Both the position numbers and the translations under genes were made by a program. A stretch of 64,000 nt of DNA from Phoronis australis. Its lineage: Eukaryota; Animalia; Phoronida. Below are positions 1 through 12,700 of the stretch, piece after piece. Under the pieces are notes generated by a model. The model had not been told where the DNA came from. It did no database searches and worked only from the letters and a program-made list of their open reading frames with translations. The stretch is taken from positions 623,625 to 687,624 of the forward strand of contig NMRA01000081.1 in assembly GCA_002633005.1 (NCBI GenBank), read 5' to 3'. The first letter of the stretch is position 1. Each line of letters starts with the position of its first letter.

Positions 1-117
1 ATTAATTGTTGTATTGGTCGTCTTCTTTGTTGTATTGGTCGTCTTCTTCTTGGAATCATTAATTGTTGTATTGGTCGTCTTCTTTTTTGTATTGGTCGTC
101 TTCTTCTTGGTATCATT
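1..117. repeat. Compound tandem repeat, about 57-bp unit built from TTGTTGTATTGGTCGTCTTCT
   Basis: Four copies of TTGTATTGGTCGTCTTCT; truncated by the window edge. Confidence 0.9.
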
Positions 118-625
118 AAAGAGTGCTGTCTGAAATTCACCTCTTGACTTCATTTATTTTAGGAGGGTCTCAGACTTATTAACGTCAGTCGCAGAATAAA
201 TGCATGTTGCACTCATCTCAGAAGTGTAAAACAAGACTATTTGATCATTCTGTAGAGTTTCTGATCTTTCTTAGCACTAAGAGAAGAATCGATTGAAGCA
301 CAAATTTGGAAGAATGGCTGATAAAATACAATTAATTATATTTCATTTTTCCAATGCTATTTAATTAAAGTTTTGTATGTGATACATCAAAACAAATCAT
401 TACCTTTGTTCCGGGTTCCAACAAATTCCGCAGCCGCGGGTTCTTTCATTATTTTACAATAATCGTGGAAAAATAATAGGTGTCAGCAGAGAGGTCTTCA
501 ACAAGCATGAGTGAAACTCGCAGAATTAGTCATTATATAGACTCAGTGTTATCTGGTCGTAAACATCAGTGAACACGAAATCTAGAAATTTCCAGTTCCT
601 TAGCCAACACTTACATGCACTGTAC

Positions 626-771
626 CATGGGCGGCGCACCATAGGGGGGTGGGGGGACTATGGCCCCCACATTTTTCAGTGCTAGGCCGCACATGGTCTA
701 TAGGGGGTGCACCACAGGGGGGGCTGAGAGGGCTTTAGCCCCCCACTTTTTTCAATGCTGTGCCGCCCATG
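626..771. mobile_element. hAT-like MITE with 5-bp TSD
   Basis: Ends CATGGGCGGC...GCCGCCCATG; TGTAC on both sides (621-625, 772-776). Confidence 0.85.
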
Positions 772-3700
772 TGTACGCGCAATGGACGGCTTCAAATTTG
801 TTTAAATTTCTGTTGGCTGTAACTGAAAGAAATCTCCAATGACTTCAAAATAGTTGTGGAAACTTTCATGCTTAAACTGCCTGAAATTTTGTAAAATCTC
901 GTTTAGTTTCAATTCCAATCATTCCCAAACCTATTAAAGATAGGTATTCAGTAACCATCTAAGACAATAAATCGATCTGGGTCTTATACGCGAGTACTAG
1001 GATGTTTGAACTGGTCAAAATTAATCAGGCGACGATGTCTTGTTTTGAAAACGAGGAATTGTTGCAGAATTTCATAAATTTGAATCAATTTTGTTGTGGG
1101 AGGTACTTTCACGGTATACGAACGATAGTTGGGCAGTTGGTTCCTTACCGCGATTCGATTTATCATCACTGTATATTGCTTTTCTACTTGCTCGCTCAGG
1201 TGTTTTCTTTTTGGAGAAATAAGCAACCACACCGACACAATTTCTGTAAAAACCCACGGATCAGAACCAACTAGGATTTTAAACTTATCTTGGAGATATT
1301 TTCCCGTGTTAAGTACTGTTCCCATATCATGAGTGCACTAACTATCCACAGCAAAAGACTTAAATGTTCCAGCAAAAGGCTCGTATCCTGTTTTTGCTCA
1401 AACACGAATGAGTTCAAGAGACAATAGGGCATTTGCGTAATTGAAATGAACGTAGAAGCATGACACAGGTCTTCTGATGGACCGTCTACGTCACATTCTA
1501 TTGTTTCACGGATAATATTATTCACGGGAACAGTAATTGATATCGAAACAATGAATCTCATCTCAAAAAGAGCAGTTGGTTGCGGTCTTTTTCCCGACTC
1601 ATTTTGTGACCTGCGCTCAACGACTAAACAGCGCCTCTTGCATCAATTTCAGCCAAAGTCTTGTATTTTTTGAAAAGCACACAAAGGGACGTAATCAAGA
1701 GCTTGAAACGCCATGGTTTGCCAAGCGATGATTGAAAAACTTCCAGGTGGATTTTTTCTTGAAAAGAACAATTAAAAAGCGCACAACACACGTGACTTTA
1801 TCAAAAGACCAGAACCATGCTTTTCTGCCTTACCATGCATCTGTATTTTTTCAAAACACTACATCAAAAAACGATAAAACCTCTTTTCAAGTGTACGGAA
1901 GTGTATGTAACACCCCTTTGTACCTGCCAAGCAGACACCCTGTGACGCTTCAAAGTGCATTCAGATTCTTGTCCCGGGGACTAGATTTCTCACCCAGATG
2001 GTCTTTGCTAAAGCACAGCGAGCTTAGTTTCGTAAACGCTAGAATCTCGCTTTTTGGAGGCATTTACGATCAATTCGGTGTATTTTTTTATACTGTGGAT
2101 GGTATTTTTAACTTCATTGGCCTATTTCAATCTAAACTAGTGACGATTCTTGTTTTTGTCAGTTCATTTATCTCCCCTTAATATGTAAAATGGGGTGGAC
2201 CATGTCTGAATAAAATGCCTTCCTTTTTAAACACCAGCAGGAAATACCACGAAAACAGTTAGATTGTGTCTTGAGAATTCCCACACCTTCACATGAACAA
2301 TGTGTGGGTACACTGGTTACTCCTGACGCTTGTGTCCAAGTCACAAGCCTACTTCGTGGCCGATTTCTTTAGCTGTACGTGGTTTTAATAAATAGACGTG
2401 GGTGATTCTTCCTATAATTCAAGTTGCTGAACCCAAGGTTTATTGCCGTTTTAATCTGACCAATCTTTGGAAAAACGTATCCGAATCCCGATCTTCAATC
2501 CGGGTACAAAAGTACATACCCAAATCTGCGTATCTTTACATTCTCTGACAGTGATCGCTGAAAATATAATCTATCATCAGAAAGGTCGTGGTCGAAAGAC
2601 TGCCTATTTTTGTAGAAATTTACGTTATCGGTTAATAATAGGCGTGTCTGTTGAAAAACTTCAAAACTTCGTGAAACCTTGAAAAATCAATTTCAAACAA
2701 TTTAACGCCAATAAAATGCTTAAAACAGAACACGCAGGAACTTTGAATACAAGTGTTGAAATCCATGTTTTCCACATCCAAATAGCTCTCTGCCAACACA
2801 GCAGTTGAAATGCAAACTGCATTCTGAGTTGACTGGTCCTTCCTGTGTACTTCAAGGGGACGATGACGTGAAACGGCCAGAAATATGCCTGTAACTGAAC
2901 AACTTTTACTGATTTATTGAAACGTACAACGGAATAATAAACTGAGCACGATATCATTGAGCTGAATGCCAGGGCGTCACTGAATGACAATCTGACTCTA
3001 TTGAATCAACCCTTAGTGGGGATAGCTTAGATCATTAATTATGTATTTACTAGTTTGACTTGATCTCTGATGATGATGGGCTGATTTACCATTGAAACGT
3101 TGGACTCTGTATTTATTTATATACAATATGTAATCAGTAATCGTTCTCAGTTTTTTATTGGTCCAAAAAATCAGCTTCGGGATTTTTTTACTGTGCTTTG
3201 AAGTCATACCAGCCAACTACTATATCTTTGCACGCTCGTAATTTTACGCTTCTATTTTTGGTGAAGACTGACTGCTATCTTTTACTTGCTGCGATAGCCA
3301 TCCACACACATTTGAAAACGGTCTTCAATACATATTGAGGTACCAAAATGTATAACCAGCAGGTTGTCCGACGATGTTTTTATTTTATTTTATTTGGTGA
3401 AATTATTGTTTTTTTTTCAATATATTGGTGAAGTTTCATGCTCTTACTCTTAGCAGTGCGTGCAGTTATATGACGTTGCTAAAAACCTAGGTTCCGGTTT
3501 TCGGGGAGGGGGATAATGTAGTAGAATGTTGGTGGTAAATCATTCATTCTTTATTCAATAAGTTTGAATAACAAACCTCGTGGATTGGTATAACTTAAAT
3601 ATAACGACGTCTTGCTAAAGCTGCGACGGCACAATTACGAGCGAAAAATACGAGTGTAAAATTACGAGTGTACAACTTCTTTAGAGCTCGCGTGACCTAC

Positions 3701-6655
3701 AATTCAATTTCTCGTTGCTGGTGCTTGAGACCAAGCCCATGTTGGCTTAGCATGGTTCGTCACTTCATGGAACTAGCATGACGATTTCAAGAAGTAAGAA
3801 CTTTAATTTTCTTCCAAGTGTACAGGTACAGGCCGGGATGATTTGCACTTCCTAGAAATTAAATATTTGGGGTAGGCCAGGTTTGGAGGCAGATTTGAGG
3901 TAGGCATTACTAGAAGGTTCAGTAAATCTGCGTTGCTTGCATTTGAGAACTTGCTGGGAACGAGAAACTTCCACCAGCTCGGGAGCAGAAAGACTTACGT
4001 TTCTTAAAATCGGCGGTCCCCTATAGCATTGCTGCATTTCTGCTTATAGCAACCGAGAGTCTGCTGCGATTTCAAATAGTCCTCAAACAACACCCAGAAT
4101 TGCAAAAGATGCTGTTGGTAGTACGTTTGGACAACATTTTTGAAATCTTTAAGAAATTTACTTTCAGTTGGCTTATGTCTAGCATTGGCAGGGAAGTGAT
4201 GGTTTAGACTGAACTGCCATTTTACGTTTTTGCCACGGATCGTTTTTTTCAGAGCCGCCTAGTTTCCTTTTTTCGATGGAAATGAAAGGGAAAAAATCAG
4301 ACAGAATAACGTTTCTGTGGCCATTTGTAGCGGTTTTTGATATGAAACAACTCACAAGTGTTCAATTCTAGAGCCTTCGACAGACAAGTAGAACGAAAAC
4401 ATCAAACCTACTACCAAGCAATTATACCCAGTGAGAACTGTTCAGAGTCTCCTTGAAAAGTCAGAAATTTGCTGACTCTAAATGTGAAAAGGAAACACTA
4501 GAAATAGTTGCAAATTCTAACATTGAAGTGTAGTACGGGTGTATCAAGTTCAGAATTTCTATACCTCCGTGAATGATGGCAGCAAATTTTCTTTAAGCAT
4601 CAAAAGCTTGAGTAGGCCTCACATAGCCCTCTCACTACAGTCGGTAAGATATGCGCTCTTGTAATAGGTACACGATACCACAGCTGCCCGATATTCATTA
4701 AAACCGAAGAGGAATAAATACATGTGCCTTCATCTTGGTCTTCCATCGGAGCACTCGTCATAGTCAGAGGAGAGAAACCCATAGGCCCGAAAACGAAATT
4801 TGTGAAAACTGCAAACTTACAGAGACCCCTATCGGATACTTCAGAGTACAGACCCAACAGGTGGCGATTCCCGGACTCGGGCTTCCGACATCGTTCTCAC
4901 GATATCTGAAACACGTGTGAGCAACAATCTCGCTTCTGGGAATTTCCCTACTGTGATGATTCCTATGTGCCAACGTTTCTATAGTCAACGGTTAAATAGT
5001 TTAGCGTTGAAATAAAATCACGCTTTGTTGTTGATTTTTCAAATATTATTACTCATGACGAAGTCACTGAATCGAGCTTCTTACGTTGTCTGATTTGCGG
5101 TAGTGTTGTGCTCCTAAGTAATGTCTCAGCGCTTTCTGCATATCCCGTGGTGTATGTTCAATATAACTGTATTTTCGAGACCAAAATTCAAATCCAATGA
5201 ACACTGATGTTTAGCGCCGAGTACGCCGTCCAATTGTATCAACGCTGCAACTTCCAGCACGTGTTCCTCATTAAAGTGCTACTTCACTAAATACGAATAA
5301 ATGAGTGTTGTGGACGATACTAATGAGTGAAACTGTATTATTATTATTATTAATCCAAGGATTAATAGTTTAGAATTTTGAAACGACTTTATTTACGCAG
5401 AGTTGTGCGTCACACGCTGCCACGAATCTGGCAGAGCCCGGAATATGTGAGAACCTTTAACAAGGTGAGTGTGTTCGAGGTGTGGATGAAAGAACCCGTC
5501 AATCAAAGAGCGGCAATGGATAGGAAGATGAAGGACTTCGACCATATCAACACCGTTTAGACGTCCTACAGGGTTCAGATGAAAGGATTTCGACTGAAAC
5601 GCAGATCTACACTGAGTCAACCGCAACCAGCAAACTACTGTTATTTCCTCTGCTAATAACCCACCCATATAAAAAGACATGTAATTTAACCTACATTTAT
5701 ACGACATAGCACGATTTTCGAAAAAAAATGCCCACGTGTTTCACGAGAATAAGCGCATGCGCCCGAGAATAAGCGCATGCACCTGAGTTCGTGCAGGCGG
5801 CTATTTCCTGTGCACGTGGGAAACTGGGTTATTTGTTTTTATCCAATTTTAGTATTTTTATCTAATTAAAACAGTTTTATAACGCACAATTGAAGCTTCA
5901 CAGGCTATTTCAAAAATGTGGTTTTTGTTTTCCTCCCAATCCTTCGATAATGGCACAGCTTCGCATATTGGGCAACGGGTCCAAATACTCACATATACAA
6001 TACACCGAATTTTTTCGGAGGTTGATGTTAACTGACTCCTGTGTTCCTATTGCTGTATCGTCGTTGGCGTCAATCTAAGCCGGGGCCACTGAAATGGAGT
6101 CAAACTAAATTTTGAAGACTAAGTGAAAGATAGACTTCCGTGTTAAATACGGAGAGCTTTTCAAGTTAAACTATGAGCTTGGCTTACGTTTTCGCGCAGT
6201 CAAAATTTAATATTATATTCACCGTATCAACAAGATCAAGTGGTACTTGGTGACGCTAAGATTGTCATTAACTTCTGGAAGAACATCGATTTGAAAGCAG
6301 GGTATTTATGTTATTTGTTTGTAAATTTATTACATCAGCTTAGACATTTTCGCCTAAAAGAGAAGCGAAAGTACATCTTTATTTAAACCTTCGGGTCACT
6401 GTTAGCTTGGTAGTGCTCGAGAGCCACCACTGAGTCTGCAAAATTTCTGTTCAAACGTAGAAAAACCCCTTTTCATGGTAATGGACTAGTTCAAGTGTTT
6501 TGTTGAACATTTAGGTCAGAGGTCAGATTATCAGGACTCGGTAATTGTTTATAATATAAAGTTTAGGGAGAGCAATTTCTTATCCATCTTGACGGTGCAG
6601 ATGTTAGCTGTTTTCACAGAAGTCCCGTCATACGTAATCATCTCTTCAAGGGAAA

Positions 6656-6731
6656 ATGTTGATTTCGGCGGCAAAAGTATTCGCACTTCTTTGGCTGAGC
6701 GTTTTCGTATCACAGTCAGAACAGAAGACAG
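6656..6731 (+). CDS. Gene 1 first coding exon, signal peptide
   Basis: MLISAAKVFALLWLSVFVSQSEQKT; phase-1 donor AG|gtattt matches the phase of the 8849 exon. Confidence 0.7.
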
Positions 6732-9700
6732 GTATTTAACCATTTTCCATTTACAGCGAGTAATTTTACATTTTAAATGGTAATGTATTGCGTATTGTTT
6801 TTATATTCGGCGTGGGATGAGTGAAATCGCATGGGTTTTCGCTGAGATCCCAATATGGTGCGCATTTCTCAGTTTGGGGATTTGCTGTATTGGTGCTAAT
6901 TTTGTACCACCTCTGAGTCTCCATTAAAAATAAATACAATCATCTGTTTTCTGAGTTGATTGTTATTTTGGGGCTAATTACCCAGTAAGCCTCATAGAAT
7001 GAAGTATTTGTAAATGAAGCAAGACGGATGCATTACAGTTTCAAAATTTCCCTTAAGGTGGCTGTAAACCGCGTTCTGGTGTCAAAACGACTTTCTTTGG
7101 GGTGGAATCTTTTGATTTGTTCTTTGATATAGTATGTTGTCTTTCCTACACGTAATACATCGATTACTTAAGCGATTAGATTCACCACCGCTGACTTAAT
7201 TAAAGTTACCGACTTGGGCTTGGCCAGGGCCCGAAGTCCAATATTTTTACACGAGATCGAACACGACATTTTTTATTCTACTTCTGAGCGAACTCAAGAT
7301 GGGTATTTTTTATTCTGTGCTCGAGTACACAATGACTTACGTTGGTAACTGTTCAATCTTGGTTTGCATTTAATAACTCTTTCATTAAGGCTAAACGTTC
7401 GTGTATGATCTCGAAATCTCGAAATTTCCAACTAAATTTAGAGCTCATCAAATGTGAACACATAATAACAGACACTCAACTTGAGATTTCACGAACGTAG
7501 AACGGGAAATAACAAAAAACACACGAACTTGAAACAAAATCTACTTATAAAATGTGCAAAACATTCCTAAATGATTCCAGAAACTTTGCAAATTCCTAAT
7601 CAGTGAAATTTTCAATTATAATTAGCATAGTTAAACAATTTATGATAAACTCATTAACTGACTGGCAATCAAAGCTTTTAGCTCAAATTAACGTTTTAGA
7701 CGTAGTAAAACCACTCTTTGTTGAGGATTCAGTTTATACGTTGTTTACTCATGATGAATTCAAACGCGCAGCTTGAGCCCCGGGTCGAATATTTCTATTG
7801 ATATAGAACTCGAAATTATTTTTGACATTTTCTATTCTTCTTTTGTGCCCACTGAAAATGAGCTGGAGTACACAATGGCCTATTTAGACAACTGTTCAAT
7901 ATTGGTTTGCACTTAATGACCCGATCACTAAGCCTAAAAGTTCGAGCCTAAACTTCAAAGTTCGAGTTTTTACTAAAAAAATTCAAGCCTTTACCCTAGT
8001 AATCAAATGCGAACTTGGACTAGAAACTCATTTTCATAAACCATAATTTACTCGAGCACATAACAATAAATACTTATCTTGAGCTCGCGCTGAAGTAGAC
8101 AGGAGTTCGATTTCGAATAGGAAGATCAAATTCCGGCCCGTGGAGCTTCTTAGACAAAAGAAACTCTCGTGAAAACACTAGTATACTAACAGGAGTATCT
8201 CAGTCAGACCAAACCTCAACACTCAAGTGCCGCTGACTGATACGCTATGGAATAACACAGTTCTACAGTCAACCACTATCCTCTAATTGTTGTTTTCATG
8301 TGACGTAATGTGAGATCAAAAATTTCCAAACAAATTTCCAAATTCCATGACTATAACTCATTCATAGTGAGTTAGTGACTACAAGGCAGTGCAAAATTTA
8401 TCAAATTAAATCTTTTTGTGACATCAAAATGACTCGGATGACCGTGTAAGTAAAAGCTTAAAGGTGCATCTATCCAAGTTGAGCTGTTTAAACTCTAAAA
8501 TCGATTTAGGCCAGTTACTCTCATAAATCGGTCTCATAACATTCCTTACCGTCATAAGATTCTAATTCCGCTATCAACAGGAACATCGAAACCATCAGCG
8601 CCGCACTCAAGAAAATGATTCAGGCTAACCCTAAAATTTCGAATTCGAAAATAGGGCATGTCAGCTCATTCGACAACAATGCTTTTAAATCCCAAAATGC
8701 TTCGGTCCTTATAAATCCAACTTCGACAGCTAAACAGCGCTAATTGTCCGTTTAGTTTGATCAAAATGGAAAGCGCTTGCTGACGTTCGTGAAAAAGGGG
8801 TAGTTAAATTAAGTTAAGCAATATTTAAACGTTTCAACTATAATTTAGGTGATGTACTGACAACGAACGGAACTCACTTAATAGCATTCCACGCTGTTCC
8901 ACCCAGACTGGAAACCATAAGAAAGGTAAGTCATGTGCTTCTGTTTTTCACTGACAAGTTCATCAGTTTGTTAGTGATCGTCATAGGTTCATCTTCCCTT
9001 ATTTTCACGTGTGATATTGAACTATTTCAGTTGTGAAATGTTTCCAAGAGTAAAAATTTTTACAGCTTAGCCTATTACACATCATTAATACAGTCAACTA
9101 ATATCAGATAGAATTTTATAAAGACATCAGTCTGTGGTTACATAAATGTTGAAATTTTATAGAAGAAGTGGGATTAAACACAGACATCCGTGATGAAACA
9201 CGACGTTTCGCTTTATTAACCCTATGTCATCTTCAGGTAAAACAAAAGTGAAATCTATTGTTGAGACGCTTGACCAGGTCCATGGGATACTATGACTCAT
9301 TTCTTTTGTTTGTGTTGCCTAAGGCCACCAACTACGTTCTCAGGAATTGATCCATTGTTAAGAGCAATTAAGTGTCAATTAAAGTGAAAAGAAAAATGTT
9401 TCTTCTAAACAAATGACTGTTATGTTGTGAGAAATTGCTGGCTTCTTTGTTCTAATGTAAACATCCAACCACACACTCTTCAGTCGAGAATGTTTATTGT
9501 ATTGTTAATTAATCACTTGCCAAGAACTGCTTATTTATTATCAACTTAGTTCCTGGAGATAAGCCAAACTTTTCAGGCAAACTCAATTTTCAAGAACAAA
9601 TTCTTTAGCAATGCTTGAAAATAGCGGTGTAACCAAATATGCACTTAACCGCTTGACGCAGTTGTGAACAGATAACAATTACCCACATAACTAATCTAGG

Positions 9701-12700
9701 GTGTTTGGGTAGAGACTCTGGCCTGTGGTATATTGTTGAGTGCTATTCTGTTAATAAACATGACAACAACCGTTACTAAGCATGAATAATTAATTAACAA
9801 TTATCGTAATTTTATCTTTTGTTATTGAAAACTATTCAAGTATTTCAAGATTCAACTCATTTTCAAGCCTCATAGATATTGAGGAGTTGTCAATAACGTC
9901 TCTTTCCGTGACTCATTTACAGAAAAAAATCCAATTTCATATCAGTTCAACATAATTTATAGCAAATTGTCTTCAACGTGGAGCAAATCTGTGAAACAGT
10001 ATTTTCTAATAGAAGGGCTCGCAACACTACTACGTTTGTTAAACGTTTTTAACTAGTATATACTCGATTTGTATAGAACAACAAACCATTGTAATAAATT
10101 ATTAAAACTTACTCTTGAAAATTTTGAGACTAGTTCCACTACACCACGTTGTAATTTGAGGAGGTTTAAGGAGCCCTTTTAAATGTCCATGAATTTTCTT
10201 ATTCTCGAGCGATGATTATGGGACTCCATATTGTGATTTTCTGTAGATTGGCAGCCATGTTGTAGGCTTGGCCGTTGATGCAAGGTACCATTTACTGTTT
10301 TGGAGTGACATCGGATATAAAAATAATGGCATCTACAAGTCCTTCTTGAATGGACGAAAAATTAGCAAAATTGTCGCTGGTAAGTACTGCTCGTTTTATT
10401 AAGGAGATGCGTGTCATATTTGATAACGTTTTTGATTGTTTTTTTTTATTTGAATGCTATCACTAGGCATTTAGAATTTTAAAATGACCCCTGTCCGGGG
10501 TCAAGTCTCAAAATTATTGTTGGCATTTTTATTGTGCACTTTTGTGCGAACTCATTTGATGAGTGTCAATTATTTTATACTCAAGTAAATTATGGCTTAC
10601 GTGGATAACTGTCTAATCATAGTTTGCACTTGATGAACCCGTCATTAGAGCTAAAAGTTTGAGTTTGTACTCGAAATCTCGAGTTTTTACTCGAGCTTGT
10701 AGCTCTAATCTAGAGTTCATTAAGTGCAAACTTGGATCAACAAATCCTATGCATAAACTTTGATGTACTCGTCGAGCACACACTAATAGATACCTATCTT
10801 GAGTTCGCACAAAAGTACAGTGTAAAATTCCGAAAATACTTTCAATTTCAATTTCGAGTACAAAGATTAGACCCCAGCCCTCAGCTTCACCTCGCGAAAA
10901 CTGCCCCCCGATCCTCACAAACAAAACACGACATTACTGAGGTTGTCCCTATGGTTCTTCGCTGATACCAGCGACGCAAAATTCACAGCGGGCCATTTTA
11001 ATACTTTCGGGAAAAATCAAGTTGACACATTCGATTGTGAACGCAAGCAACTCAAAAAACTCGAAAAAGCTGTCTTACAACTCGTTAATTATGGTTGTGT
11101 GACTGATGTTCGATGAACGGGATCTAATTTTAATCCTTCACCGACAGAATTTAAATACGTGTATACCTAAAACGGCTATGAACCCGCCCTCTATAGTTCA
11201 TCATAAAAACAAATTTTGATCTAGAGCACTGTCAGTCAAATTGCTCATTAGTCAATTTGTAGATGATTCCGAGGCCTTGAAAGCACTTACATTTCGTTAT
11301 TACTTGAGATAAGGACCTGTAAGTTAGCCTATCACGGCGTGTCATTTTAGGCGCCTACAATTGTCTTGGTCTTTGCAAACAACGAATTGCCAGTTCTTTA
11401 ATGCAAACTCAGAGATCACCTCTATTTTAAATAAGGAACAAATTGAGACCGATTTTACATCGGCGAGTGGTCTTCATCAAAATGTCGCCTCTTGGACTGA
11501 ATGCGGGTATTTAGCCGCTTTAACTAAAACGCTGTACATGTACTAAATTCGCCCATACCCTTGTGAACGCACATCTACGGAAAATTTCAACCAGCAAGAC
11601 CACACATTTCGCTTACTGTTGTGTTTTACGCTTACGTGTGGATTAGCTGACACGTCTGACAATGCAAACGTCTCGACGTTTGTTAACTCAGGGCGGTAGG
11701 TCGGGTAAATATGCCCAATGACCGAACGCTGACTTTTTATCAGCCCATGTACTCGTTTCGCCTGATTTTTGTTAAAAACTTTATGAAATGAAATTTATCC
11801 CAATTTAGATCAGTCGAAACGTAAGCCCAAATAATTCTCACTCAACACAAATATTTTCAAACTTTACTGAATATAGTATGAATTTTTTAGTTAAACTTTT
11901 ATTTTTGTTGTGCACCACCAACAATAATGGACGCTGTAGTGAGTTTGGGACAGCTGAATCATGCATTACACGGTACTTATTAAACTGCCGCCATATATAA
12001 TGAAGTATCAGCGGAAACACCGCCCAATGAAAATGAGGTTAACACAGACAGGGTTGACAGTTACAGAATGTTTATATTTTAGTGATGTCTTTCGAGTGAC
12101 GAAACTCATCACGTGCTCTTTATTGGCGAATAGAAAGGGAGGAGTTACTGGGGAGTATCTCTAAAACTCTTCCAATCTGCTTGTAAAGTTTCGGAACAAA
12201 CTCGCTACATATCTTGATTTTTGAGCTTCACACTTTGAGAGAAAAATACACCGGCGGATTTAGGACGTTGCCGGGGAGGTTTGAGGAAGTTCGAAATGGA
12301 AATGTATGCGGTGATGCCGGATGCGTTTTTGGGTTGAGTCTGGAGCGCGGTGTGTGCTCGGGTCTTTTGAGCCACGCTAAATCCGCCAATATCATAAACT
12401 TTAAATCATCAATTTTACCCAAAGCTGGTCCTGTTACTCGCTGTTGTATAAGTAGTACCTTCCAGGGAAAATATAGAAGAATTATTCAGCTAAGACACTT
12501 CCTCGGGCTATTAATACGGACTTCATAACGTCCTCGTTATGATCCTGGACGTTAACATGGGGGAGCAAGGTATCGCCTATAGTCTAAACATATGACATCA
12601 ATTCGGCAACAAAAGGCGCAAAACATTGCGCAGAAGGCACAAACTTCACAGTGGCCAGGAACACTGAGCTAAGAAAGGTGACAAGTGTGACTTCAAATCT

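Noticed and set aside
960-1561. Overlapping minus-strand ORFs that look vaguely coding
   Set aside because: No recognisable motif or exon structure; possibly a decayed element but unsupported.
4600-4990. GC-richer segment with several short ORFs and a possible minus-strand exon
   Set aside because: No domain signature and no phase-linked partner exons.
6817-6892. Alternative hydrophobic first exon MSEIAWVFAEIPIWCAFLSLGICCI
   Set aside because: Poor donor (gtgcta). The 6656 exon has a better signal peptide and splice site.
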